Shown one piece after another: positions 18,086 to 27,181 of a DNA stretch of 64,000 bases. The position numbers and the translations under genes are program-made. This stretch comes from an uncultured Bdellovibrionales bacterium (GTDB taxonomy: Bacteria; Bdellovibrionota; UBA1018; CAIPTA01): NCBI GenBank assembly GCA_964612065.1, contig CAZTCD010000007.1, positions 5,563 to 69,562 on the forward strand. Direction: 5' to 3'. The notes beneath the pieces are model-generated. The model ran no database searches. It worked only from the letters and a program-made list of their open reading frames with translations, and was not told where the DNA came from. Each line of letters opens with the position of its first letter. Positions within the stretch are counted from its first letter, which is position 1.

Positions 18086-18133
18086 TAGGCGTTTCGGAGG
18101 GCTGGGTTCACCTGCCTCCGGGTTCGCAGAACC

Positions 18134-18163
18134 AGAAAGCCTCGGCCTTGGCCGGGGCTTTCT
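18134..18163 (+). terminator. terminator-like hairpin after the ppiD-like gene
   Basis: agaaagcctcggcc/ggccggggctttct forms a ~12-bp GC-rich stem with one mismatch, followed by the U-rich gctttgg. Confidence 0.45.
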
Positions 18164-18204
18164 GCTTTGGAGGCTGGCGCCTCTGTTTGTGGTGGGAAAA
18201 TGAC

Positions 18205-18429
18205 CTAGTTTGCGGAGGCCTTTTCTTTCTTCGATTCGTTCTTACGAATAGCAGATTTTTTGATCACGACCTTGTCTGACGTAGAGTTGGTCTCCGCCAG
18301 TATCTTGGAATGGAACTTTGCTAGGTGTGTTTGGGATCGAGAAAAGAGGTCTGCTTCTTCTTTCGAGCTTTCGGTAGCAAGCGCCATGATTGGGAGCATA
18401 AGGAGGAGGAGGGGGGCAAGCATTCGCAT
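18205..18429 (-). CDS. small secreted protein
   Basis: ATG 18429 is preceded by AGGAG at 7 nt. Signal peptide MRMLAPLLLLMLPIMALA, with a Lys/Ser-rich mature part. Confidence 0.5.
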   Translation of the reverse strand: MRMLAPLLLLMLPIMALATESSKEEADLFSRSQTHLAKFHSKILAETNSTSDKVVIKKSAIRKNESKKEKASAN

Positions 18430-18605
18430 GAGGAACTCCTGAAATGGCACGGGGCGTTATTTATACACCACGATTTATTCTCTTTCAATGGTCCGGGATC
18501 GGGTTCGCGATTCTTTTGATATCTTTCGGACCTTCGGAAAGAATTCAGGGATCCACATAAATAAATAGCATTTTAAATTCCGCGACCTTGGTATTGGCCG
18601 ACAGA

Positions 18606-18622
18606 TGTCCAAAAGTTGGACA
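18606..18622. promoter_or_regulatory. perfect palindrome TGTCCAA-AAG-TTGGACA (enhancer/UAS candidate)
   Basis: 7-bp perfect inverted arms of the form TGT-N11-ACA, located ~60 bp upstream of the sigma-54-like element at 18679. Confidence 0.4.
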
Positions 18623-18678
18623 CCTGAAACGCTCCCCCAGAATTGCCTAACCCCCTGAAATCCCGCCATTTCGCCCTA

Positions 18679-18694
18679 TGGCACTTCCTGTGCA
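18679..18694 (+). promoter_or_regulatory. sigma-54 (-24/-12) promoter candidate for 18753..19220
   Basis: TGGCACTTCCTGTGCA against TGGCACG-N4-TTGCW. The -24 element is perfect, the -12 is GTGC at the correct spacing, and it lies ~60 nt upstream of the ATG, which has a TAAGGAG Shine-Dalgarno. Confidence 0.45.
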
Positions 18695-18752
18695 CATAGG
18701 GGGTGCCCCCGGCGCCGGGGCCAAGTGGTGGCGCCCTGGTAAGGAGTGACCG

Positions 18753-19220
18753 ATGTACGCCCGAATTCTGATGCTCGCAGCTGCTCTGCTTGGCTCTACC
18801 GCTGCCTATGCCTCCACTCACCGCCCTGATGCCTATCAGGATCTCACCGCCGTTCCCCTCAAGCCCGGGCAGTCACCCCGCCTTTCGAACGGAGTGGGCG
18901 ATCTTTCGGCCCGCGAAGGCCGCCACAAAGTGAAGCTTCCTCTGCAGCTCGAAGGGGTCATGGAGAAGGTGAAGAAGTCGAAATATAAGCCCAAGCGTGA
19001 AGCCAAGGCCAAGCCCTCTCAGCGCCGCAAAATCGTAAAGACGAAAAAGGCAAAGAGCCTGCCTCGTTTGGTTAAGGGAAAGAAACCCTCCCGCAAGAGC
19101 TCCTTCCGAGTGGAAGCTGTGGCTCCCGCCAAGCGCGCCAAGAGCAATACCCATCCCGTAGGCTTTGAGGAAGACCTTCCCATGCCTACCGCCCGTGATA
19201 GTTCCACTTCCGGTTTCTAG
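18753..19220 (+). CDS. secreted lysine-rich protein
   Basis: Strong SD (aaggag). Signal peptide MYARILMLAAALLGSTAAYA. The core is very basic (KKSKYKPKREAKAKPSQRRKIVKTKKAKS). Confidence 0.6.
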   Translation: MYARILMLAAALLGSTAAYASTHRPDAYQDLTAVPLKPGQSPRLSNGVGDLSAREGRHKVKLPLQLEGVMEKVKKSKYKPKREAKAKPSQRRKIVKTKKAKSLPRLVKGKKPSRKSSFRVEAVAPAKRAKSNTHPVGFEEDLPMPTARDSSTSGF

Positions 19221-19241
19221 GAGCCCTTTGCCGGTTTCGGT

Positions 19242-20507
19242 TTAGGAATCCGAGAGCCGCTTACGATCAGGTTTCCCGCTCGGAAGACGGGGAACCTTTT
19301 CGCATTCCTGCCACCAGTGTGGGCGCAGCTCGCGGCTGAGATTTTCCTTCGCGAACTGTTCCACGCGCGCCGATAGCTCGGCCTCGCTCAAGCGGCAGCC
19401 TGGTTTTCGCACATAAACCAGCCCCACCCTTTGCACGGAGGCAATCTCTTTGCCGAAGGCCAGGCATTCGGCGATCTCGGGCATTCGTTCAAAGGCCGCC
19501 TCGATCAGCTGAGGAGCCACCTTGCGGCCGCCGATATCGATCAGCTCCCGCGTGCGGGCCCGGTGCTGCAGCCGCCCTTCCCGAAGCTCGAAAAGATCTC
19601 CCGTGGCGAACCAGGCATCTCGAGCCTGAAACGCGCCTTCCGATCCCGAGCCGAGAAAAAGCTGGTCGCCCGAAAGCTCGAGCTCGCCCTCCGCGGAAAG
19701 CCGCGTTTCCGTGCCCAGGCTCTTTCCTTCCAGAAGCACGGGGCCGGCGGCTTCTGTCATCCCGAAGATCTCGAGAAGGACGGCGCGGCTCGAAGCCTTG
19801 AACTCGGCGGCCAGATTGGCTCGCAGGGGCGAGGTGAGAGAAACCACCTGGCCGGCATAGGCGCCCGTGCCTCCGAAGCGAAGCCATTGCTCGAGCAGGA
19901 AAGGATTGAGCGTAAGAAATTCCACCTTCTCTTCCTCGAAAATGCGGGCGGCCCCGGGGGCCCATTCGCTGAAAGGCAGAGGGGAGTACAAAACATCACT
20001 TCCGCGGGCGGCCGGAAGCAGGCAATGAAAGATCACGCCGGCCATGCTCCAGGGGCGGAGGAGGGAGCAGGTGGGGCCGGAGCCGGGGAAAGCGCCAAGC
20101 AGTTGCTCGGTGGAGGCCAGAAGCGAGGCCTCGGAATGCAGGATCGCCTTCGGGTTCCCGGTGGTGCCGGAGGTGAATAGAACCAGCACTGCTTCCCGGG
20201 GAGGGTTTGCCGGCAGCTGGGCGAGAAGCAGCTCCCGCTCCAGGGGAGAGGAGGGAGGGAGGAGCACCAGGGGGGCGCGCTGGGTTACGGCAGAATAGAT
20301 CGATCCCCAAAGCGCAGGTACCGTTGCGTTTTCCAGCAGGAGGTAGGGGCCGTGGGCCTCGAGGCCGCTATGAGAGGCAGGAGGGGAGAGGGCGCGGACT
20401 TCGGTTCTTGCGCCGTTCTTTTCGCCTGCCTCCAGCAGCTCGCGCAGGCGCAGGTTCCGGCAGCGGGATCCCAGAAGGGAGTAGATGCCTCGGGGGGCCT
20501 GGCCCAT
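19242..20507 (-). CDS. AMP-dependent synthetase/ligase (ANL adenylating enzyme), short form
   Basis: Carries LFTSGTTGNPKAILHSE (AMP-binding core), FGMTEA, the GDLF...GR hinge (DIGGRKV) and the C-terminal LPSGKPDRKRL Lys motif. 421 aa. Confidence 0.85.
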   Translation of the reverse strand: MGQAPRGIYSLLGSRCRNLRLRELLEAGEKNGARTEVRALSPPASHSGLEAHGPYLLLENATVPALWGSIYSAVTQRAPLVLLPPSSPLERELLLAQLPANPPREAVLVLFTSGTTGNPKAILHSEASLLASTEQLLGAFPGSGPTCSLLRPWSMAGVIFHCLLPAARGSDVLYSPLPFSEWAPGAARIFEEEKVEFLTLNPFLLEQWLRFGGTGAYAGQVVSLTSPLRANLAAEFKASSRAVLLEIFGMTEAAGPVLLEGKSLGTETRLSAEGELELSGDQLFLGSGSEGAFQARDAWFATGDLFELREGRLQHRARTRELIDIGGRKVAPQLIEAAFERMPEIAECLAFGKEIASVQRVGLVYVRKPGCRLSEAELSARVEQFAKENLSRELRPHWWQECEKVPRLPSGKPDRKRLSDS

Positions 20508-20509
20508 GC

Positions 20510-20770
20510 TCAGCCTTTCGTTACCAGTTCGGCGATGCTTTGCACGGTGAGGAAGTTTTTCCGGCCCGCACCGAATGCCGGGATCTTGCAGCTGAACTCT
20601 TTCTCCAGCCAGGTAAGAAGCTTCACCTGAAGAAGGGAGTCGATCCAGCCGTCCTGAAAAAGATCCCGGCTCTTCCGGATGGAGGAGAGATCCTCCGAAG
20701 AGGAAGGTTTGGCATCTTTCAGGAACTGAGCGATTTTTTCTTCCTGGGTTTCCCTGTTGGCAGTGCTCAT
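20510..20770 (-). CDS. acyl/peptidyl carrier protein
   Basis: 86 aa with GWIDSLLQVKLLTWLE (DSL phosphopantetheine-attachment motif). Its stop is 2 nt before the ligase start. Confidence 0.7.
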   Translation of the reverse strand: MSTANRETQEEKIAQFLKDAKPSSSEDLSSIRKSRDLFQDGWIDSLLQVKLLTWLEKEFSCKIPAFGAGRKNFLTVQSIAELVTKG

Positions 20771-20802
20771 TCTTTTATCCTTCCCTGGGTTTCGAGGGGG
20801 GT

Positions 20803-22182
20803 TCAGATCTTCGCGTTTTCCGGAACGTAGATGCGATAGATGCTTTTCTCTTCGGCGTATTTGCGGAAGAGATCCGTAAACTGCTCCAGCGGGCGGAAGC
20901 TGGCCTCACCGCTCAGGCGGTCGAAGGTTTCCACGAAAATGGTGGTTTCCTCATCGGAGAAATTCCCGAGGTTGGGCTTTACGTAGTTAGACAGGCCTTT
21001 GCCGCTGGCGGCTTCGAAGAAGTCGATGCCTTTTTCCTTGAGCTGGGATTTGAACTCCACGGCCTTGCGGCTGCGGGCGGGATCGCCGGCGCCTTCGTGC
21101 CATTCCACGGCCACTTTGTAGTGCTTGCGGTCGAGCACGCGCTTGGCCCATTCGTTTTTGGAGGCGTCTTTGCGGAGGTGCTCGTAGAGCACGGAATCAT
21201 CGCAGCGGAGGTAGGCTTCCACGTCGGCTGGTACTTTGAAGGAGCAGTTCTCGCTGCGGATATAGCGCTCCATCATCTTCTCGTAGCACACGCTCTTGTG
21301 GTGGAGATACACCATCAGGAACATGTGGTAGCGGGAGAGGAGAAAATCCTCGAACGAATAAATCGCGCGCTCCGACAGAGCGAGATGGGCGGTTTTGGCT
21401 TTGCCACCGCCTTTGCCTCCGGGGCTTTCGAGGTAAACGCCGAGGTTGGTGAGCAGCCAGTTGGCGTCGAATTTTCCGTAGCTCACTCCGGTATAATAGG
21501 AATCGCGCTGCAGGTAATCCATGCGGTCGGCGTCGATCTCGGAGGAGATGATCTGGTGGAGCACCTTGCGGAAGCTTACGCCCCGGTCGCGGAAGAAGTC
21601 GTCTTTGTCCTTGAGTGAAAGGTTCATCACGCAGGCGATATGCCAGGGCGTGAGGCCGAATTTTGCGAAGGCCTTCTCGAGCACCGGGGTGAGGGGCGAA
21701 TCGAGGATGATCTTGAGGGTGTAGTCTTCGTGGGAGGCCTGGCGCTTCTGGTCTTTGCCGGAAACCTCGGGTGGGAGGCCGAGCTCGGCCACCGGAGGCA
21801 TGGCGTGCTCGATGGCGTGGGAGAAGGGGCCGTGCCCGATATCGTGCAGGAGGGCGGTGATGCGGGCGAGGTAATAGTAGTTGTGGAAAACGTCCTGGCC
21901 CGAGAAAAAGTGGTTTTTGAAAATGCTCTGAAAAGCAGTGCCGGCGAGATGGCAGGCGCCGATCGAGTGGATATAGCGGTTGTGAACGGCGCAGGGGTAG
22001 GCGAATTCGGAGAAGCCGAGCTGCTTGATATTGCGCAGGCGCTGGAAGGCCAGGGAATCGATCACGGCGATTTCCCACGGATAGAGCTCGATCGGGCCGT
22101 GGATCACGTCGCGCACTTCAGTGATCTTCACTTTGCCCTTGCGCGGGATGCTGGAGAGGTGTCGCGGGTTGTTCTCGGTCAT
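20803..22182 (-). CDS. HD-domain phosphohydrolase (dNTP triphosphohydrolase/SAMHD1-like)
   Basis: Carries FQRLRNIKQLG, NRYIHSIGACHLA, LLHDIGHGPFSH and DADRMDYLQRDSYYTG. ATG 22182 removes the overlap with the upstream gene that track start 22263 creates. Confidence 0.85.
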   Translation of the reverse strand: MTENNPRHLSSIPRKGKVKITEVRDVIHGPIELYPWEIAVIDSLAFQRLRNIKQLGFSEFAYPCAVHNRYIHSIGACHLAGTAFQSIFKNHFFSGQDVFHNYYYLARITALLHDIGHGPFSHAIEHAMPPVAELGLPPEVSGKDQKRQASHEDYTLKIILDSPLTPVLEKAFAKFGLTPWHIACVMNLSLKDKDDFFRDRGVSFRKVLHQIISSEIDADRMDYLQRDSYYTGVSYGKFDANWLLTNLGVYLESPGGKGGGKAKTAHLALSERAIYSFEDFLLSRYHMFLMVYLHHKSVCYEKMMERYIRSENCSFKVPADVEAYLRCDDSVLYEHLRKDASKNEWAKRVLDRKHYKVAVEWHEGAGDPARSRKAVEFKSQLKEKGIDFFEAASGKGLSNYVKPNLGNFSDEETTIFVETFDRLSGEASFRPLEQFTDLFRKYAEEKSIYRIYVPENAKI

Positions 22183-22234
22183 AAATGCGGGCTTCTTTCT
22201 TTTCTGCGCAGGCCAATGGGTGCGGCGGTGGCGA

Positions 22235-22822
22235 TCACGTCCAGGGGTCCTCGTGCACACCACCCCGGTGGTTGAGATAACGGGCCAGCACGAAGAGAGC
22301 GTCGGCCAGGCGATTGAGGTATTGCACGGCGAGCTCGGGCACGATCTCTCCGCTCTCCTTCAGCGCGATCACATCGCGCTCGGCTCTCCGGCAAATGGTG
22401 CGGGAGAGGTGAAGATGGCTTCCCAGGAGCGTGCCTCCCGGCAGGATGAAGCTGGTCATGGGCTGCAGGTAGGTTTCCCAGCCGTCGATCCTGCCTTCCA
22501 TTGCGGAAATCGTGGCCAGATCTACATGGGTGCGATCCTGACGAGATCCTGAAAAAGCCTCCTGGCCTTGCGCCACCCGTTCGGAGGCTTCCTTGGAAGC
22601 GAGCCAGGATCCGAGCGCGAAAATATCTTTCTGGATTTGCAGCAACCAGAGGGTTTCTTCGTTATGCTTTTCCTTCCTGCAGAGGGAAACGCAAATGCCC
22701 AGGCAGGAGTTGAGTTCGTCGAGAGTTCCGTAGGCTTGCACGCGTCCGTGGGCTTTGCTTACACGCTCTCCGCCGAACAGCGCCGTTTGCCCTTTGTCAC
22801 CGGTGCGAGTATAGATTTTCAT
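22235..22822 (-). CDS. ATP:cob(I)alamin adenosyltransferase, PduO type
   Basis: MKIYTRTGDKGQTALFGGERVSKAHGRVQAYGTLDELNS is the canonical PduO/MMAB N-terminus. 195 aa. Confidence 0.9.
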   Translation of the reverse strand: MKIYTRTGDKGQTALFGGERVSKAHGRVQAYGTLDELNSCLGICVSLCRKEKHNEETLWLLQIQKDIFALGSWLASKEASERVAQGQEAFSGSRQDRTHVDLATISAMEGRIDGWETYLQPMTSFILPGGTLLGSHLHLSRTICRRAERDVIALKESGEIVPELAVQYLNRLADALFVLARYLNHRGGVHEDPWT

Positions 22823-22867
22823 AAAACCTTTTTAACCCGACTCACGGCTTAAAGGAAAAAAATCGCA

Positions 22868-24724
22868 ATGCGTCAATCGCTGACCTTCCTTCGCTTTCTG
22901 GCTATTTTTCAGGTTCTCTTTCTGCTCGCGTCTTGTGCGAGCCTGCGTGGAAGCGCCCCTCACGAGCACGTTCCGCCTCCTCCTCCCCGCCCGGAAGTGG
23001 ATCTCAGCCGCTATGACCAGCTCGTGGTGATCGGCACAAACGATTTTCACGGCTATCTGCGCCCCGTGGAAAGCAAGCTGGGCCAGGAAACGGTAGTGAT
23101 CGGCGGAGCGGAATGGTTTGCCGGTTTCGTGAACATCCTGGAGCGCAAATATGGCGATAGCCTCATTCTCCTAGATGGGGGAGATATGTGGCAGGGAACC
23201 ATCGATTCCAACACCTTCCGGGGACGCTCCGTGGTGGATTTCTACAATCTCCTTCCTTACCGGGCCGTGGCGGTGGGGAATCACGAGTTCGATTACGGGC
23301 CGCAGAGCAAGGGGGGGAAGGATCCGCTGGGCGCGGCCAAGGCGAATATGGCGGCGTCGCACTTTCCCTACGTGCAGGCGAACATCTATTGGAAGGGCAC
23401 GAATAAGATCTGGTCGGAAAAGAATCTCGTGCCTTCGGTGCTGGTGGAAGCGGGAGGTTATAAAGTGGGCATCATCGGCCTCACCACCACCTCCACCCCC
23501 GGAAAAACCCTGCCCAAGCATGTGGAGAAGCTCGAGTTTCGCGATTTCGTGGAGCCCACGCTTTCGGAGGCGAAAAAACTGCGGGCCCGCGGCGCCGATA
23601 TCGTGCTGATCACAATGCACGAGGGCGAGGGCAAGCCTGGAGATCCGGTGTATAAGCTCCTGCACGCGATTCCGAAAGGCACGGTGGATGGAGTGGTGGC
23701 CGGCCATTCCCATACCGAGGTGCATGAGTTCGTGAACGGGATCCCTGTGATCGAGAGCCGTACCCGCGGCCTCTACTTCGGCCGTTTCGATCTTTTCATC
23801 GATAAGGAAACGAGGAAGCTCAACCCTTCGCTGACCCACATCTATGATATGCACATGATCTGCGGCACCTGGATGAAAAGCTCCGATACCTGCGATCAGA
23901 AAGCCGCCAAAGCCGCCATCGAAGACGGCAAAGCCAAGATGGAAGATTTCCTTCCTCTTCGCACGGTGGAGTATGAAGGGCAGGAGGTGTATCCGGATCC
24001 CTCCGTGAGAGGAACTCTTGATCCTTATTTCTCCAAGGTGGACAAGCGGAAGAGCGAGGTGGTGGGCCAGGCTCTCGCCGATTTCGACTGGTATGAAACA
24101 GGAGAGAACCAGATGGGCACTCTGGTGCTCGATGCGTTCCGCTGGAAATTTCCGCAGGCGAAAGTGATCGTGATGAACGGAGGGGGAATCCGCCGCCGCC
24201 TATTCAAAGGCCCGATCACCTTCGGTGATCTTTACGAGATGACCCCTTTCGACAACGTGGCCGTGCTCGTGAAGGTGAACGGCAGCCAGCTGAAGGAGAT
24301 GCTGCGGGTGCTGCTCTCGGGCTCGCACAAAGTGCCGATGGTTTCCGGCATCAAGGTGCGCTACTTCAACCGCGAGGATTCCGCTTTCGACCGTGACGTG
24401 AACGGCGACGGAAAAAAAGAGGATTGGGAAAAAGACCGCCTCGATCCGATGGGGGGAGTGGTTTGGGAGGACACCGGAAAGCCTGTGGGCGATCACGAAG
24501 AGTTCCTTCTCGCCACCCTGGATTACCTGGTAGCGGGAGGAGATCACCTTACCCATGTATTCGATCCCATCCCGCTTTCAAAGCGCCGTTATTTCGATCT
24601 GGCGCCCCGGGATCTCATGGCTGAATACCTGAGAAAACACCCTGGGATCGAGCTGCCCCGAAAAGACCATCTGAGGCTGGTACCTGTGGTGGGCAAGGGA
24701 GCTTCGAGCTCCATTGAGCATTGA
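22868..24724 (+). CDS. bifunctional metallophosphatase/5'-nucleotidase lipoprotein
   Basis: Lipobox LLASC, metallophosphoesterase motifs GTNDFHG, DGGDMWQG, GNHEFDYG and GHSH, and a C-terminal 5'-nucleotidase domain. Confidence 0.9.
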   Translation: MRQSLTFLRFLAIFQVLFLLASCASLRGSAPHEHVPPPPPRPEVDLSRYDQLVVIGTNDFHGYLRPVESKLGQETVVIGGAEWFAGFVNILERKYGDSLILLDGGDMWQGTIDSNTFRGRSVVDFYNLLPYRAVAVGNHEFDYGPQSKGGKDPLGAAKANMAASHFPYVQANIYWKGTNKIWSEKNLVPSVLVEAGGYKVGIIGLTTTSTPGKTLPKHVEKLEFRDFVEPTLSEAKKLRARGADIVLITMHEGEGKPGDPVYKLLHAIPKGTVDGVVAGHSHTEVHEFVNGIPVIESRTRGLYFGRFDLFIDKETRKLNPSLTHIYDMHMICGTWMKSSDTCDQKAAKAAIEDGKAKMEDFLPLRTVEYEGQEVYPDPSVRGTLDPYFSKVDKRKSEVVGQALADFDWYETGENQMGTLVLDAFRWKFPQAKVIVMNGGGIRRRLFKGPITFGDLYEMTPFDNVAVLVKVNGSQLKEMLRVLLSGSHKVPMVSGIKVRYFNREDSAFDRDVNGDGKKEDWEKDRLDPMGGVVWEDTGKPVGDHEEFLLATLDYLVAGGDHLTHVFDPIPLSKRRYFDLAPRDLMAEYLRKHPGIELPRKDHLRLVPVVGKGASSSIEH

Positions 24725-24841
24725 GGAGCGCTGAAATCCCTGGGAGCGAGGGGCTGCGGAGCTCCCCTTGAATAGCCAACTTTCTTCGCTGCTTTCCCGG
24801 GTTGGATGGCCCTAGCCGCTCCCGCAGGCTAAAATAGAGGA

Positions 24842-27085
24842 ATGAAGGCTTCCGACATCCTCCACAAGCAGATCAAAGACGAATACGAGAAGCAGAACCG
24901 CATCCTTTCCTTCGACGAGTATCTCGAGCTCGTGAAAGGGGATCCGCAGCGGCAAACCCGCTCCTCGGCCCAGTACATCGTAGACATGATGGACCACTTC
25001 GGCCGCGAGGGGCCGCCTTCCGGCGCCGCCGGGCCACGACGCTTCAAGCTCTTCGACCAGGAGTTCGCCGATCCCCGCTTCCGCCTCATCGGGCAAGAGG
25101 CCGTGCAGGAAAGCATCTACCACATCCTGAAAAGCTTCATTCGCGAAGGGGTGAACAATAAACTCGTGCTGCTTCACGGCCCGAACGGCTCGGCGAAGAG
25201 CTCGATCATCAACTGCATGATGCGCGGCCTGGAGGAATACTCCGCCCGCAATGAGGGCGCCGTTTACCGTTTCCACTGGGTTTTTCCCGCGGATCGCTTC
25301 GGCAAGCCCGGCCTCGGCCTCGGCCGCGATGGCGCCGTGAAAGACGACGACACCCAGAGCTACGCCAAGCTGGCCGATACCGAGATCGCCGCCCGCATCT
25401 CCTGCGAGCTCCGCGATCATCCGCTCTTCCTGATTCCGCAGGCCCAGCGCACTGCTTTTCTCAAAGAGCTCGGCCTGCCTTCCTCCTTCATCCTCTCGGA
25501 ATACATCCAGAAGGGCGATCTCTCGCAGAAGAGCAAAAAAATCTTCGAGGCCCTGCTTCGCTCGCATAAGGGCGATTACAAAAAGGTGCTCCGCTATGTG
25601 CAGGTGGAGCGCTTCTATATCTCCAAGCGCTACCGCGATGCCGCCGTAACGATCGAGCCGCAGATGCACGTGGACGCCACCGCCCAGCAGATCACGATGG
25701 ACCGCTCGGCCTCGATGCTGCCGAGCTCGCTTCAGTTTCTTTCCCTCTTTGATCTGCACGGCGATCTGGTGGACGGAAACCGCGGCATCGTGGAATACAA
25801 CGATCTGCTCAAGCGCCCGATCGACGCCTTCAAATACCTCCTCACCACCACCGAAACGGGAACGGTGAGCATAGGCGGTACCACGGCCTTCATCGACACC
25901 CTCCTCATCGGCACCTGCAACGAGGCCCAGCTCGATGCCTTCAAGGAGTATCCGGATTTCCCGAGCTTCCGGGCGCGGATCGAGCTGGTGCGCGTGCCTT
26001 ACCTCCTCGACTACAAAAAAGAGGCCGACATCTACCGCACCCAGGTGCGCCGCCTCGCCGGCGATCGCCACGTGGCGCCTCACACCCTGGAGAGCGCTGC
26101 GCTCTGGGCCGTGCTCTGCCGCCTGAAGAAACCTAATGCCTCCCACTATCCCGGCAACTTTGCCTATCTCGTGAATTCGATCACGCCGATCGAAAAGGCC
26201 CGCCTCTTCGCGGAAACGGCGATGCCGGCTCGCCTGAGCTCCGAGGAGCGCAAGCTGCTCAAGAGCTATCTCGACGAGATCCGCGCCGAATACGGAGCCG
26301 TGCCCTATTACGAAGGCCGGGTGGGCCCGAGCCCACGCGAGATGAAGATCATCCTGTTCAACGCTCTCGAGAGAAACGAGAAGGGCATCCTTTCGCCTCT
26401 CGGCCTGTTCGCGGAGCTTGAGGAGTTCGTGAAGCGCACCTCGGAATACGACTACCTTCGCGAGGATGTGGTGGAGGGCTTCCACGATTGCCGCGCCTTC
26501 ATCCAAACTTCGCGCGATACCTATCTCGACGGCCTCGACGCCGAGATCCGCTCCTGCCTCGGCGTGCACGATGAGCGGCAGTACGAATCCTTCCTGAAGC
26601 GTTATATCGTGAACGTGACGGCTTACCTCAAGAAAGAGAAGATCCGCAACCCGGTTACGGATCGCCTGGAGAACGCCGACAACTCGCTCATGGACGAGTT
26701 CGAAAAGGTGGTGGGCGTGCTCGAAGATCGCGAGCATTTCCGCCAGAACATCATGACCCAGCTGGGCGTTTACGCGCTTGAGAACCCCAGCACCCAACGC
26801 GAGGGGATGGATTACGCGCGCGTATTCCCGGATCTGATGAAAAAAATCCGCGACTTCTATATCGACGAGCATTCCCAGCTGATGAAGCGGGTGCACGACG
26901 CGATCACGCTGTTCGAGCAGAGAGCCGGAGGGCATGTGCCTTCCGATACCCGCACCCGCACCGTGGAGCAGATCGAGGCCGAGAAGATGGCGCTCTCGAT
27001 GGTGGATAATATGAAGCAGAAGTTCGGATATAACGAGGTGAGCGCACGCGAGGCGTTCGTGTATCTGTTTCAGAAGCGGTATTAA
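24842..27085 (+). CDS. prkA: PrkA-family AAA+/serine protein kinase
   Basis: The N-terminal block LSFDEYLELVKGDPQRQTRSSAQYIVDMM, the Walker A-like LLHGPNGSAKSS and the length (747 aa) fit PrkA/YeaG. Confidence 0.9.
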   Translation: MKASDILHKQIKDEYEKQNRILSFDEYLELVKGDPQRQTRSSAQYIVDMMDHFGREGPPSGAAGPRRFKLFDQEFADPRFRLIGQEAVQESIYHILKSFIREGVNNKLVLLHGPNGSAKSSIINCMMRGLEEYSARNEGAVYRFHWVFPADRFGKPGLGLGRDGAVKDDDTQSYAKLADTEIAARISCELRDHPLFLIPQAQRTAFLKELGLPSSFILSEYIQKGDLSQKSKKIFEALLRSHKGDYKKVLRYVQVERFYISKRYRDAAVTIEPQMHVDATAQQITMDRSASMLPSSLQFLSLFDLHGDLVDGNRGIVEYNDLLKRPIDAFKYLLTTTETGTVSIGGTTAFIDTLLIGTCNEAQLDAFKEYPDFPSFRARIELVRVPYLLDYKKEADIYRTQVRRLAGDRHVAPHTLESAALWAVLCRLKKPNASHYPGNFAYLVNSITPIEKARLFAETAMPARLSSEERKLLKSYLDEIRAEYGAVPYYEGRVGPSPREMKIILFNALERNEKGILSPLGLFAELEEFVKRTSEYDYLREDVVEGFHDCRAFIQTSRDTYLDGLDAEIRSCLGVHDERQYESFLKRYIVNVTAYLKKEKIRNPVTDRLENADNSLMDEFEKVVGVLEDREHFRQNIMTQLGVYALENPSTQREGMDYARVFPDLMKKIRDFYIDEHSQLMKRVHDAITLFEQRAGGHVPSDTRTRTVEQIEAEKMALSMVDNMKQKFGYNEVSAREAFVYLFQKRY

Positions 27086-27144
27086 GGGTTAGGCGCGGAG
27101 CGGGCGGCGGATGGAGGCAGCGGCTTTCCCCGTAGGCGGCCGGA

Positions 27145-27181
27145 GCTTGCGTGGCTTGCGTGGCTTGCGTGGCTTGCGTGG
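27145..27181. repeat. 9-bp tandem repeat (gcttgcgtg) x4 plus one extra base
   Basis: Read directly: gcttgcgtggcttgcgtggcttgcgtggcttgcgtgg, in the convergent spacer after prkA. A second 12-bp x2 repeat (tatgcccagctc/catgcccagctc) lies at 27259..27282. Confidence 0.9.

Noticed and set aside
24812-26935. 707-codon minus-strand ORF opposite prkA
   Set aside because: It is antisense to a gene with clear PrkA family blocks and a Walker A motif. The product is low-complexity (Ala/Gly/Glu/His/Leu) with no recognisable domain.
27145-27181. Possible CRISPR array or other spaced repeat
   Set aside because: The 9-bp units are directly tandem with no spacers, and there are no cas genes. It is a simple minisatellite.
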